A DNA stretch of 64,000 bases, taken from NCBI RefSeq assembly GCF_009914755.1, contig NC_060929.1; one strand, given 5' to 3'. Shown one piece after another: positions 27,484-41,860 of the stretch. Position numbers and translations under genes: made by a program. How positions within the stretch are numbered: the first letter of the stretch is position 1; each line of letters opens with the position of its first letter. The notes beneath the pieces were generated by a model. It made no database searches and had not been told where the DNA came from. It saw only the letters and a list, made by a program, of their open reading frames with translations. This DNA comes from the human T2T-CHM13v2.0 reference genome, Homo sapiens.

Positions 27484-30400
27484 CTTTTTTTTTTCAGATT
27501 GTTACAGATACTTCTCCTTTTTGAAGAAACTATACAGGCAAAAAAAAAAAGCAGTCAAGCTGAGCTAGTTTGGCATAGTATATTGCAACATAGGCATAGG
27601 CAGGATTTATATTCTAAAAAATATTCTGTGTTTTTTGGCCAAGGAACAGAAACTCCTGGTCAAAGTCATAAATGAAGCAGCAGATTCAGAAGTAGCTGAG
27701 TGTTAGTTTACATTAGTGAAACAGTTACAATGCTAAAGCAGTGATGTGTGGTGCCCTATGAATTTTGTTACATTACAGTGATCTAGATTTCGTTATATGA
27801 TAAGCTGATTAACTTTGACTCTCCCGTGGGAAGACAGTCTGCCTGTGGGTTTTGTTTGTTTGTTTGTTTGTTTCTCTTTACCATTGCCACCTTTACCCTG
27901 GCTTTTGTAACCACATTCAGTGATAAGCAAAATAAGTTTAGGTTTCAAAGAAAAGTATCAGTTTATTGTCAAATAATATGGCATTGTGAATCCGCATCTA
28001 CGTATGCCATCCATCTGCAGATGGATGTAAACAATGAAGTATGAGAATAGATTTTTTAACTCTTATTTCATTTTAGATTTGTAACCCTGTTTATCTATTT
28101 GGTCTTGAATGAAAGAAGCCCTTCACAGCAGCTTACTCTTTACAGCAGACCACATTTCAAATAAGAGATTAGAGCATAAACCAGTCGGCCGGTGACTTAA
28201 GTACAAAATGTCTTATCTAGCTTTGTACAGTCTATCCATTTAAACAACTTGCCTAAAAGGCCTATATCTTTTGTTGTGTTGTCATCACAAGCCACACCTA
28301 GAGAGTTCGTAATTGTTCCTTAGAGCTTCTTCAGATGTTTTCTGCTAAGTTGGCTTTATGTAAGGTGCTGAAAGCCACCTGAACCCTGAACTCCTGACAT
28401 AATTGAAATGCTCTTTGTCACCACAAAAGCCTGCCTTTTCTGCAACCTATATGGAAAAGGCTCAAGAAGGAAATGGACGGGATCCATGTCAGGTGATACT
28501 TGTGGGCCTCTTTAGGCTGGGTAGAGATAGGGGTAGGGGTTACGTAACAATGATTTCAAACCCACAACATCCCTTCATTCTCTCTGGTGCTAGATTCCTA
28601 ACTTATGTGTTTGCTCCATCAGTTCTCTAGCCAGAAATTCAATAGCGAGAGTCAGGCGGCCTTCCTGAAATGTCAGACACTGCAGTAACAGATAATTCAG
28701 TCCATCTCACTAACCCCAGGACTGTGAGCTTTAAGCTTTAACCAGTGACAGTGTGACTCTAGTTAGATTTGGCATTGCAGCTTTGACTTTGTAAGTTTTC
28801 TGCAAATTGGATGTGAGACACTTTATATTCCAATGCAATATGATAATCACTGCCCAAATATAAATTCAGTAATTAAAGCTCCAAAAGGAGTGAATATATT
28901 TAACAATAAAAGCTGGGAAAAGATGACGTCTGTGGAATTCTTTATTATTTTAGAGTAGCTGGTTATGTCTAGCACTATAAAAATTGTGTGCTCTATGTGG
29001 ATTTTCTAAAATGATAGTATCTTCATTGATGAGTGCACCCCTGTAACTCAGAGGGTTAATTTATAAACCAAAAAGAAAGTTCCCCTATAGGACTGCTGGT
29101 TTAGAGTGAACCATAGAGACATAGAGATAACCTGCATTCACTTTCAAATCTCTGCAACTCAAGTTGTGTTTTTTTTCAAACCTCTTCAACTCAAGTTCTG
29201 TTTCTGTTTTTTGCATTTTAAGTAAAGGAGTCCTTTTTCTTTTGGCTTTGCTATTTCTGAAGTTCACCAAACCTGCCAAAGTCTGGCTGTGTCTCTCCCA
29301 CATCATCAATAACTATTAGAATGGGCCTGGCCTGGCTTGGCTTTGATTAGCGTTGCTGTGACTACTCAAGGAACAGCCATTGGATTGTAATTTAAGGGGT
29401 GCAAACAATTCCTTTCATTAGCAAACTGTACAGTCAGCATTCTGTGCTTTGTTTTCACATTTTAAGTCAGGTTCTGAGGAGGGATAGACTTTGGCTAAAA
29501 AAAAAATGGCACACAGTATATTGATAATTTCCTGAGAAAGACAGTTTGCTGGTATTGTGGGTTGTCATTGAGTAAGTTAGGGCTGGCTGGTACTTCTCAA
29601 GCAAGCGGGATCTACTATGTCAAGTTTTCTACTGTAGCTGCTTGATGTAACCTTTATGATGTGGTCAAGTGACACAGAAACCAGGAATCACTTCCTACTC
29701 ATCAGAGTTACTTATTGTCCAAGCCCACATGGAGTGATGTTGCCTGTTTTAAGCTGGGATGTGGTCCTCCTTGATGCCCATGGTGGGCAGGAACATCCGT
29801 AACTGGCACTTACACAGTAAGCCTGGCTTCCTTTCTTCACTGTGTGTTGCTCACCTCTATCCCCAAGCCACACAATGCCCACCATGGAGCCTGTCATCTT
29901 CCACCCCTTGGAGTCCGTCAGTGGAAAGGAGTAACAGGTTTTTGTTACTCACATGGTTAGCTACATGATCAGACACTACTGCATTTAAATCGTATCTAGG
30001 GTACTTATAACACCTAATACAATGTAAATGCTATGGGGAGGCCAGACACCACTGCCTCCCTCATTCCCTACCCCAGTCTCAGGAAAGCAGACCCCTCTAG
30101 GCTTGAGAAGCTTACCCATTGCACTCCCTGTGGGAGTGTCTCAGGAAAGAGCCTGGGTTGGGACTTGCTTTTAGCATGCTTCCCAACATCCATTCCCTTT
30201 CCTGGGACCAAAACGCATTAAATACCCTTCAAGGCCCAGGAGGCCAGACTCTGAATACAAAGACTTGGTATAGAGGAAGGAAAAAATACTTTTCATTCTC
30301 TTCCTGCAGAAAGAATACCACAAATTAGTATCTCAATAAAGTATCCTGTTACAGGACCCATTGCCCACCCTCTCTAGCTTCTGCCTTTCTGCTTAGAAAT

Positions 30401-30613
30401 TGTGGCTAGCAATATTTAAAAGGACATCAGCTTTTCTTTGTAAAACTCACATTTTCCAGGTTAAGAGGTTAAAATATTCATGATTAAAAATTTTTGAAAG
30501 CTAGAGTACAAGCATACCTACATTCATACTCCCATATTCCTGCCACTGAGAAGTAATCACTATTATGATTTATGTACATTTTCTTCCTATTCATCTTCTT
30601 TGCATTCTCTATG

Positions 30614-30945
30614 CAGTAGTCCCTCAGTGTCCCGAGGAGTTGGTTCCAGGACCTCCCTTGGAAACCAAAATCTGAGGATGTTCAAAATCTGATATAAGAT
30701 GACATAGTATTTGTGTATAACCTACCCATATCCTCCTATATACTTTAAATCATCTGTAGGGTTCCTATAACACCTAATGTGATGTAAATACTGTGTAAAT
30801 AGATCTTATACCGTATTGTATAGGGAATAATGACAAGAAAAAAATTGTATGCGTTCAGTACAGATGCAATTTTTTTCACCAAGTATTTTCTGTCTGAATT
30901 TGTTTGAATCCATGAATGCATAACTCACAGATACAGAGACTGATG
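30614..30945 (+). mobile_element. MER2 (TcMar-Tigger) DNA transposon
   Basis: cagtagtccctcagtgtcc...ggttccaggacctccc...aaccaaaatc...gggaataatgacaagaaaaaa...ttcagtacagatgcaatttttt...gaatccatgaatgca. Confidence 0.85.
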
Positions 30946-31249
30946 TTTAATATCAGTCTTTGGATGCTATATATTTTCTCTTATGTCTTTGTAAGCATTT
31001 TTGGAGTAATCCCATCTTGTGGTGATAGTATAGCTTGACTACATTTTATTCAGGGTTTTTAGGAGAAAGAGACTAATCATTTGTCCCTCACTGTCTTTTG
31101 TTCATTGTCATCCCAGAAAAAGGCCAAAAAGAAATGTATGTATAGGGGAGATTTGTTGTTAATTGGCTTGATTAGAAACAAAAACCTGCCACATAAAAGA
31201 GGTCGTTAATTCCAGGGTGGTTGTTGAGTGGTCTCCAGTAAAAAGGAAA

Positions 31250-31390
31250 GGTCGGGTGCAGTGGCTTAAGCTTGTAATCCCAGCACTTTGGGAGGCTGAG
31301 GTAGGAGAATCACTTGAGCCCAGGTGTTCAAGACCATCCAGGCAACATAGCAAGACCCCATCTCCATAAAATAAAAAGAAGAAACGAGAA
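31250..31390 (+). mobile_element. FLAM / free left Alu monomer
   Basis: ggtcgggtgcagtggct...cacttgagcccagg...aagaccccatctc plus A-rich tail; no right arm. Confidence 0.88.
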
Positions 31391-34097
31391 AGTTAGTGGC
31401 TAAGCAGAGAGGTGATTGTTGAGGGTTCCAGCTTCCCAGTTCTTGGAGGGCAAGCCTGTTCTGTGTCAGGCTTAGTCCTTGTTCTCTTTTGAAATGCCCT
31501 CTTTTCCCTCTAGACTTTGTCATCATTTGATTTTAGGCTGGTGTGACTCAGACAGAACTGGATCTGTATTATGGAGTAGAGTATTAAAAATACATAGCTC
31601 ATTTAGTACATAAAAAGCATTTGGAGGACAGAAGAAGCAAAAAATGAGCTATCCTAAGAAACATTGTCAACCCTATTTCTATTCCTGGATCTTATCAATT
31701 TTTAATAAAACATTTAAAAAATATCAGGGAAGCAGTTTTCTTCATTTCTATACAAATTGATTAACTCTTTCTCCTGGATGAGCTAGAGATTAATCTTTTT
31801 GAGGTAAAATCATCTCTTAGAAGAGAGAGTAGAAAACTAATCAATGTTCTTTCTCTAAGAGGAAGTTTTAACAGTTGAAAAATGACCCATCTCTGATTCA
31901 AGGCTTTGACAACAAGAGCCAGGAGAATTTGGGAGATAGAGTTATCATTTATAATTAATATATCATTAATTCTTTCTAACTATGATGCTAGACTCATTGC
32001 CCAGGGATTTTTTTTTTCTTTTTTAAAACTAGAACACAAACATTAATTGTTCGTTCTTCTGGTGTTTGCCTGATACAATAATCCAAAAAAAAATTTCATA
32101 AGTGGAATTATGTTTTGTTTAACAATATATTATGGACACATTAAATAATCTTCCTAGAGACCTCTTGCATCCACCTTTTTCATATTTCTTAATGATAAAA
32201 AGAAATTTGCTTCTTTGTTAAATATCTTCTCTTTCCACAGCATTTATTTCAGAAAACACCTTAACCTATGATGGGAACACTTTGTCTACCTGGCTATTGA
32301 AATCTTTCTCTAACAGTTGCAATTCTAGTTTAGATGATTTTATATGCTGCTTTATCTTTATTTTTGCCTTTAGTTTCTCTTTTTTTTTTTTTTAACACAG
32401 ATTTTGTCAAATCTTAGGTAGACTGATTTTTATTATTTATTTTTGTCCTCCCAGTTATACAAAGTCACTTAACTGAACAATGGATCTATTTAATAATGCA
32501 AGGAAAAGTCACCCTCCCTAGACTTCCTGATTACAAACTCCTTGTAAGCACTTGTCTTGGGCCCTGGTACCAGTCCTCTGCATGGGGCAAGATACTCTAA
32601 AAACTGTTAGGGGATTTTTGGTGGAGTAACGTGGCTACTTACACATCAGAAAAACAAGTTACCTTAAAACAAGAAAACCAAATTGATGATGGTGTTGATG
32701 GAGTGGAGTGGAAGTTAACTTTGTCCTGTGAAACTGTTTATCACCAAGTGCTAGTCTTCAATTTGTAGAAAGACAGCATAACCTCATGCTTACCACTCAT
32801 CTCCCTTCTTTTACATTATTTTAAAATATTGACACATTTAGATACAAAAATAGGTGCTCAAGTGATTTTTTTTAAAAAATAAAATGAAAATGATTTCTTA
32901 TTATTTGAAATACATAGCATCAAATTTTTGGTGTACTGTTCAGGAGGCAAGCTAATAGTACAATGTGGTTTTGCTCCTTACCATATACTTTTGTGAGTTC
33001 AGAAAACATTGCAGCCTTTTGTAATAAATAGTCACTGAAGCTAGTATCTTAAGACCCAGGGCTCTGGAGAGAGATCTTTAATTTAAGGACATAGAAAACA
33101 CTGTTTCTTTTATGTAAACGAGCTCCACAATTTTATGATTATACTTGAATGGAAATATGTTATGACCACAAAGCCAAAGGAATGACTCGCTTGGTAGCTA
33201 TCGACAGGTTTTATTTTCAAGATGGATTTAACTGCATTGTTGTTTTCAGATGTATTTTACCCTTTCAATAGGATTTAGGGTCTATTTAGAAAAATAATAA
33301 GTGGAAGTAAGCAATAGAAGAGTTCATGTTTATTTCTTTCATAGTACCGTTGATTTCTTTTCAGTAAGTTGAGGCATCCTAATTCTGGTCTTGATATGCA
33401 GTTTAATTTCATGTGGGTGAATTATTCACAATCCCTTTCAATATGGAAAGTTGACACAGTAGGGTGCCATCTGTCTATACCATTGAATTTCTGCTTAGCA
33501 GTACTTCCATGTGAAGGTCAGGGATTCCATAGCTTTCATAAGCAGGAATCCAGGGACACAGTGAACAGGAACTCTCTGAGTCACTGCAGGGAATGCAGAA
33601 TGAGTTTAGGTTGGGTGTCTGGTGAATATGGTGAGGAGGAATTGATGTGTTATCCTGGAGCTTGGAGTACTTACTGATAAGGACCAAATCTCAGGCTAGG
33701 GACGAATGAGTTCCTCTCATTAAACAGAAGGCTGGACCTGTGAGAAACAAGTGTTCGTACCTATAAGAGGCAGGCAGGAGATCTGAAAGTGACTGAAACC
33801 ACAGTTAAACTTTTCCTCATTAACTGAAGCACTGTGTCTCATCCCATCTCCTGCCATAGTTTTAATCTAATCCACACAATTTAGTGAGGCCTCTTTCTAC
33901 ACACAGATCCCTCTCCTGTCTGCTTTCTTAGAGTCTAGGGAGTTCTTGGAGGATAGTAATGGTGGAAGATACCAGACTAAAGGAATAACATCTTGAAAGA
34001 ATAAGTGCAACAGAAGAATCTACAATTTGGGGTTACAAGGCTATAAGATTTGTAAATATAAGATTTTTTACTGTTGAGTTTGCTTTATTTTGAGATT

Positions 34098-34135
34098 TTA
34101 TATATATATATATATGTGTGTGTATATATATATAA
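34098..34135. repeat. (TA)n(TG)n(TA)n microsatellite
   Basis: Seen directly in the sequence. Confidence 0.9.
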
Positions 34136-34969
34136 TATAAACTTATCTCACTAATGCAGTCAGTGTATCTTATTCTGATTTGCTGGCCAAATTTGCTTTC
34201 TGACGCATGTTACAATGTGGGCATTAATTCTTCTTTTCCCCAAAGCCAGTGCTATACAAGGATGCTTCATATCACAAATCTGATTTCTGGGTTCTCTTGA
34301 ACACTGAGAGTGAGTTATCTAGAAATAAGAAACCAGAAAAGTCATATAAAAAGAGGCATGATCCAGAAATATGGATTTGATTTTGAAATCCACTAAAAAA
34401 CAATAGAACAAAAAAAAATCTGCTGCATGCATAAACACAGTTCTCTCCAGAGAGCTGTGTCTGGCTAGATCTGTTGGTTTGGGCAGGCATAAGGAAGGAA
34501 GTGCCTGGTTGACCTGGGTAATTCATATGTTGGATCATCTACCTATGGATCTTTGAGAATACACTGTGGAGGAAGGAGCGTCTATATCGTGTCCACATCC
34601 CACCTGTCTACCATGAGCCTGAAAAATCTGTACACAAGTGTATCCTGGGATAAAACTCATGCCCCACTTGGTGATACTGGACTGTCTGTCCACCAGGGTC
34701 AGACTTACTGCCTCCGGAAAAACCTCACAATCTGATGTAAAGCTCCATAGCTTGAACTATCTCTTGTACCTGACCCTCATGCTACAGACTCAAAAGTCTG
34801 GTTTGGTTGGTATCCTAAGTACCAGCTCCATCTCTTAGCTGTGGATTCCTAGTTACCAAGCTCATGTGATTTCTATGTATGACCAGAATGGTGAGATATT
34901 AATTTATAAGTGTACATATAATCATTATTGGGCCTAGGCCCTTCAAAGGTCTTATTCTCTGCTTTGTAG

Positions 34970-35215
34970 ACAGTCTAGCAAGATTGTTAAAAACACAGGT
35001 TCTGAAGGCAGACTGCCTGGGTTTAGATCCCGGTTCTCCCACTTACTAGTTCTGTGATCTTGGACAAGTTACTGAACTTCTCAGTTCTTCAATTTTCACA
35101 TCTATAAAGATGTGGATAAAAATAAGTCCTACCTTATAGGATTGTCATGAAAATTAAACCATTGCTTGGAGTGTGTTAAACGCTTTGTCAGTGTTAGCAG
35201 TTATTATTATTATTT
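34970..35215 (+). mobile_element. MIR SINE
   Basis: cagactgcctgggtttagatcccggttctcccacttactagttctgtgatcttggacaagttactgaacttctc. Confidence 0.85.
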
Positions 35216-35770
35216 TTAATCACTTTTGGGCAGACCTCTCCATGAAGCTAATAAGAAGGTTGTCTGGGGACCATGGTAGCAGAGCAAGATTGGGCTGATG
35301 TGCACGGTTTTGACAGTTGTTCCAAAGCACTGAAGTCTGTTGAGTGCAGTCCCTTGCATGTTGCTCCACCTTGATGTTGACAATTAGAAGCCATTGGCCA
35401 GTGTTTGAGTGGATACTTTGAACTTGTGGTTCTGAAGCTTTTGTTTTTCTGTGTTTCTGAAACCCACCAATTATACTTCTTACTGGTACCTTCTTTCTAT
35501 AACTAGGATAATGTTTACATTTACCATCAAGCCTTGCTGCCCTAGAACTAACCTCTTGTATGAAAACGAATATGCCTGAGAGAATGTATACCAGGGATAA
35601 AGACCAAATATTTTATTTTATTCTTTTTTCTTCCACAACATCAAGTACTCTAGAATTATTTTGATGGCCAAGATTTATAAAGCACTTGCTGTGTGCCAGC
35701 ACTATCATAATTTCTTTACATAAATTATCTCAGTTAATCTCCACATAGCCTTCTGTGGTCATTGATATTC

Positions 35771-36062
<292 letters not shown>

Positions 36063-38650
36063 ATGATTATTGATATTATTATCCCTGCTCTACAGATCAG
36101 TAAATTGAGGCTTAGTGGGTTTGGAATTCAACAGTAGATCTACTAATGGCAAGTCCTTGTATTTCATGGCTGCATTCTCTTAAGAAACTGAGTCCATTTA
36201 ATTTAAAACAGAACTGTCTCTTCCTTTGTAGAACAGTTACTGTATGTTCACATAAGAAGTAGTCAAGTATATCCATATGTCTCATGCAGATTTCTACCTT
36301 CTAATGTACCCTGGTTGTGGGAGCCACTTAACCTCCCTTCTTAGGCTCTGTTTGCCACTAATTGGTGGTGCTACGTTGGCAAGTCACTTCATTGTCTTCC
36401 AGACCTAAAATTCTGTTACCCCACAAATAACAACAGCAAGGAACACTCATTACCCAGACTGAATACTGAGCATCTTAAAGACCAGCGTCTTCTGGTAATT
36501 CCCCAGTCCTCCTGTCTTTAGCAACAGAATTGGTTCCTTGTGGCCAATTTCATCTTTGCAAAATGAGAGAATGACTAAGAAAACATTAGTGGATGCAAAT
36601 GAGGAAAAGAAAAGACATCTGTCAAGTTAATTAAGGGAAAACATTCCTTTGACCTCTTTTTTTTTTTTTCCGCGCTTTTCACCAAGGTGGGCTATTCTTC
36701 GCTCCTTAGAGACTACTTCCCTTTTCGTGTTAGAAACAAATAGTAGGGACCAAGCACTAAAGTATAGGATAAACACGCAACTAATTTTAATATCCGTTTG
36801 GCAGTTTTCCTGTTGCTTCTCCATTCAGGAAACATTTTCTTCTACTTCTGCCCATTATCACAGCTTTGACATTCATGTCATTAACAGAATGTCATTTTGC
36901 AAGATACTGAATTAGGAGCAGCTAGCAACAAAACATGCTGAACAGAAAGACACTGGCTTTTTGCCACATGACTTCTCACAAAAAAGAACAAAGTGGAGCT
37001 CTGGTGTCGGTTTCTTATATTTGTATGTTTGTGTTCCGATTGTGGAGGCACATGAAATCAGGGACAGTTCACTTGTGGGCAGAACGTTATGCCAAACTGC
37101 TATATAAAAGCCAAATGCTGTAGAGCTGGGAGGTGTTAAATAGTCATGCTGTTCATTCTGGGCTTGAAATAAATTTCTGTTGAATGTCATAAAAGGAGAT
37201 TTGGTGGTCACGGAAGTAAACCCCCTTCCCTTTTGTGGGTCAAAAAGAAGTGGTCCTTGGGTCCTCGGAAGCAGAAGGAAGGAAGAGACCCTTTTATTTT
37301 TTTGGTTAGTGATTAGCTATGTAGCTAAATTATAGACTAAAATATATTCACCAAATTAAATAGTTCTAGTGGTAGCAAGTTAAACTGAGATTTAATTTCT
37401 GTATAGAGAAGGCTGAAATGGGTAAAACTATATTATAATAATTTAGTTGCTATGTGTATATTCAAATAAGTTTTGGATATAAGGACATCTCCCAATCAAG
37501 CTTTCTAAAGCCAATGACCATTTCATAAAAGCAATGCAATTGGGACATGAGGTACAGGAGAAAAAAGTTAATAGTAAAATTTTACTGTGTTATTTCCAAA
37601 AAGGAAGATTGGAACATTAGATTTAAGTTATTGCATTAACTCTGGCTTGGGACTGCCACCACTGTCTAAGGTCTTTTCAAGAGTTACTTCCTTATCCCTG
37701 GCCATTTGAAAATAATCTAATGCCATTAAATTAAATTGATTAAAGTAATTTTAACAGTAGGACTTTGAACTTGGTTTTTCTGCTACTTGGAAAAAGATAT
37801 ATCAAATTGTGAATTTAATATACTTACACTGAGTACAAAAAACGGAAGTTAAAAACAAAAAACAACTTGTTTATGTCACACACATCTTCCCTACCCCCAG
37901 CACACACTTGTAAAGTAGAGGTTTAGAAAACCATTAATTTGTGTTTTGTGTATCTTTTCTTAATTCCCCAGTATGTCTGTTGACTTCTCTTTGGTCCCTA
38001 ATAATAACTGACCTATGGACAGCCAACCACTTGGATGTCTGTCTCATAGGTATTTGATCTGACCTTTCCCCATGTTATAAAACTGGCTCCACCACCTCCA
38101 CCTTTCCCCCAACTTTGCTACTTTGATAACCCAGCTCTAGGTAGGGCCAGCCAGGTCATAGCCGCTGTTTATCCTGGCAGGCTAGATTAGGCCATGTGAG
38201 TTTTGAATGACTTTATACTATGTTTTAGGTAGCATCAGCCCTTGGAGAAGTTTCCCAAGTTACAGCACATGCCCTTTATCTCTTAGAGATAATTACTGGC
38301 CTTTCCAGTACTCTCTTCCCATCTTCATCTCAAATGGTAACACTCTTTAATGTGTGTCTTTGATCTTTGGGCTGTTGTACTAATCTGAAATCCAAAAGCC
38401 ATCTCCGTCATTGACTCTCCCAGCCCTTGAGGTCCTTCCTGTAAATACATGACCTGCGCCAATGACCTAGAATCCCTGGGGTAGGCATGCAGACTAGGTC
38501 TCTCCTATGACTCATGTTGCAGATAAATTGCACTAAACAATTAATAGGCAATGAGATATAGGCCCTTCTCACATTAATTACTTTTTTACTTCTAACATTT
38601 AAAAAACTTGGATTTATTCTGCTACTATAAATCCTTCCTTCCTCCCCACC

Positions 38651-38935
38651 TTTTTCTTTTTTTAAATTAGAGAGGGTCTTGCTCTATAGTCCAGGCTGGA
38701 ATGCAGTGGAGTGATCATGGCTCACTGTAATCTCAAACTCTTAGGATCAAGTTATCCTCCAGCCTCGCTGCCTGAGTAATTGGGACTAAGGCACACACCA
38801 GCATGCCTAGCTATTTTTAAAAATATTTTATAGAGTGGGGTTTCCCTATGTTAACCAAGCTGGTTTCAGACTCCTGGCCTTAACGAGCCTTCCTGCCTTG
38901 GCCACCCAAAGTGTTGGGATTACAGGTGTGAGCCA
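38651..38935 (-). mobile_element. AluJ-type element
   Basis: agggtcttgctct...gtgatcatggctcactg...tcaaactc...cccaaagtgttgggattacaggtgtgagcca. Confidence 0.92.
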
Positions 38936-39637
38936 TACAAATCCCATTATATCCAGCTTCTACTTGACTTCGATCATTGTGTCTTGCTCCCTCTTTTAAT
39001 TAGACGGATGATCCCGTTGCAGTTTTATTCAGAATGATATGTATGTTGATTGTTCCAGTAGGATGTTTCATACCATGCATCCAGCACCACAGACTTCGTC
39101 AGCTCTTTGTGTTTTCTTAGCTATGTACATTGCCTTGATCAATCCAGTAGTATTGGACTATATTATGTCATTTTAAATCAGTTTAGTCTCATAAGTTGGA
39201 CTATATGTTTGTCCTCCAAGGTAAATTATAAACTTCTTGAAGGCAGGGACCACATTTAGCCAGTCATTCAAAAGTATTTAATGTGTTTCTGTTCAACTAA
39301 TCTTTTTTCTATGTTCTTCTGGGTATCCAAAGGGATTCAGTGTTACATAAAATATAATCCTTGTTATCAAAAAATTTATAGCCCACTCCTAGGTTGTAAG
39401 CTTCATGTACAATTCGAAGTTATGTTGTGACCACCAAGTGATACTGTGCTTGCCAGGTTTACTGCAATATGACAAGGTGAATGTCAGCCACCAATGACAC
39501 GTGCTAATACTATGACATCAGAGCCCACCATGTTAGCCATGTAGAAATAGCTATGCCGATATGTCTAACTTTGAAATAGAGCCACGAAATGGAGAATAAC
39601 TCAGGAGAAATTAGTTGTTAAAAATGTACACTTATAC

Positions 39638-40393
39638 ACAGTGTAACATTTCAGTCAACAACAGACCACATATATGAAGGACTGCATATACACAGGTGGT
39701 CCCACATGATTGTAATGCCATATTTTTACTGTACCTCTATGTTTAGATCCTGTCAACCTGAAAGGAAAAGTCCAAGGCAAAATTAAGTAGAGAGTTTCAT
39801 TGGGGCTAAGTTTGAGGATTGCAACCCTGAGCATAGATTCAAGTTGCTCTGTATATACGCTCCAATTAGCAGCAGTTACAGGTAGATTTTTAAAGGAAAA
39901 GAAGAGGTAGTTCCTAAATTGTTTACCAAGAATTTATGTTAAAATAACACAAGCTATTAATTGTGTATACATTGTTATTTCTGTCATAAATTCCAGGAAC
40001 ATGAAGATAATGAGTGAAGCAACTAGTCAGAAACAAAATGCCTTTAAACGATTGTCCCCCAGGCAAGGTGGGGATGTGACTGAAGTCCCTACTCCTGTCT
40101 CTCTGGGCCTGATACATTTTGCATATTTCACGTAACTCAGACTGCTCTGAGCTATTTTTCTTTTCTCAATACACAAATACCATTGTGTTGCAGTTGCCTC
40201 CAGTGTTCAGTACAGTAACATGCTATACAGGTTTGTAGCCTGGGGTCCATAGACTATCCCATATAGCCTCAGTGTGCAGTAGGCTCTACCATCTAGGTTT
40301 GTGTAAGCGCGCTCTGTGATGTTTGCATGAGGACAAAATAGCCTAACGAGGCATTTCTCCAAATGTATCCCTGCTAAGCAACAAGTGACTGTA
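39638..40393 (-). mobile_element. Tigger3a DNA transposon split by a solo LTR
   Basis: Left part ends tttttactgtacctctatgtttagat; right part begins acacaaataccattgtgtt and includes ccatctaggtttgtgtaag. The two halves join seamlessly once the LTR is removed. Confidence 0.85.
39751..40168 (-). mobile_element. ERV1-class solo LTR (MER65-like), TG...CA termini, 4-bp TSD atcc/atac
   Basis: 418-bp insert bounded by tgtc...ctca; reverse strand starts TGAGAAAAGAAAAATAGCTCAGAGCAGTCTGAG. Subfamily name is from memory. Confidence 0.75.
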
Positions 40394-41289
40394 TTTTCAT
40401 CAAGCAGATCACTGAAATTACGAGATTATTTAGGGAAGTCCTATGAAATGGATGGATAATCTGCAATGCATAGTGTATTCTGTAAAATTCTACTGTTTAT
40501 TGTTTATGAAAATGTGTTTAAAAGCTGAATGGGAATTTATCTCACACTTCAGCAGCAAATTTTTGTTGTATCTCTTTTCCAGATTCTGCCTTAGAGTCTA
40601 GTTATCTGTGAATCAGTCTTATCTCTCCTTTTATACTTTAAACACTTTGAAACAACTTCATTTTCTTATCTCACACAGTACTTTGTACATGGGAATAGAC
40701 ATTCCAGAAATACTTGTTATATTGGATAGTGCCTTTTCTAATATCTACATGTTCAGCTGTTTTTCTTTTCTTCTATGAAGACAGAGAATTGGGCCAGATC
40801 TCACTGTGGATTTATCTTAATGGATTAGATATATTTCCAGAAGTACTATATAAGGTAATATATATTTTCCTATTGACTTTCTTCATAATTTTTGAAAGCT
40901 TATCCCTTTCTCTAGCTATTGAAATTAGCCTAAATTTTTTTTTGTTCATAGGTGAAAGCAGTGTAGGCAACCATTCATTCCCATTACAATTAATGCCTTT
41001 AGAAGAGTTTTTCTGCTAATAGAAAAGTTAAGGTCAAGTATCAAGCCAATAATGTCAATAATTACATCCCCCTGATCACTATGACCTGGATCATTACATT
41101 GATACAAATATGGAAAAGCCTGAGGCACTCAGGCTGATAGTATCAGCACTTGCTATTTCTCCAAGTTTTTTGAGGCTGTACAAAAGAGCACAGACTGATG
41201 TAACACTTGCATTGAATTTTGGAGCTGTTTTTGTATAAACTAATTTTTACAGTAAAATACTATATTTGAAAGCAGAACCACAGGCTATA

Positions 41290-41860
41290 AGAGTCCATTC
41301 ATCCTGCTTCCTCCTTTTAATCTAGCAGCCAGAATGATTCTCTAAAAACAAAAGTCAGGTTATGTTCAGAACCTTCCAACAGCTTCCCTTGTCACTCAGG
41401 GACCAGACTCTGCACTGTGGCCTGCAGGCTGCTGCAGACCTGCCTCCTGCCATGGCTCTACCATCCTCTGCTGGCACTCTTCCCTGGCTCTCTGCACGCC
41501 TGCCATGCTGGCCTGCCTGCTGCTCCTAGAACACTCTGGCCTCAGGGCCTCTGCTCTTGCTGAATGCTCACTTCCTTGCTTTCTGGTCTTATCCTCTCTC
41601 ACCTCCCCAGTGAGGCCTTTCCTGACCACCTGTTTGAAATTGTGAACTCCCACCCCTGCAATCTCTGTCCTACTTTGTGCATTATTTTTCCTCCATCGCT
41701 ATCTCATGTACCACAAATTTTACAAATTTGTTATGTTCATTTTCTGCTTTTCCCTCCAAAATGTAAGCTCCCTTGAGAGCAGAGATTTTTGTTTGTTTAG
41801 AATAGTGCCTAGCATATCTTAGGCACTCAGAAAGTAATTTATTGAAGTAATTAATGAAAG
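41290..41860 (+). mobile_element. L2a 3' region
   Basis: gcagccagaatgattctctaaaa...cagtgaggcctttcctgaccacc...aatgtaagctcccttgagagcagagatttttgt...agaatagtgcctagcat. Confidence 0.85.
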
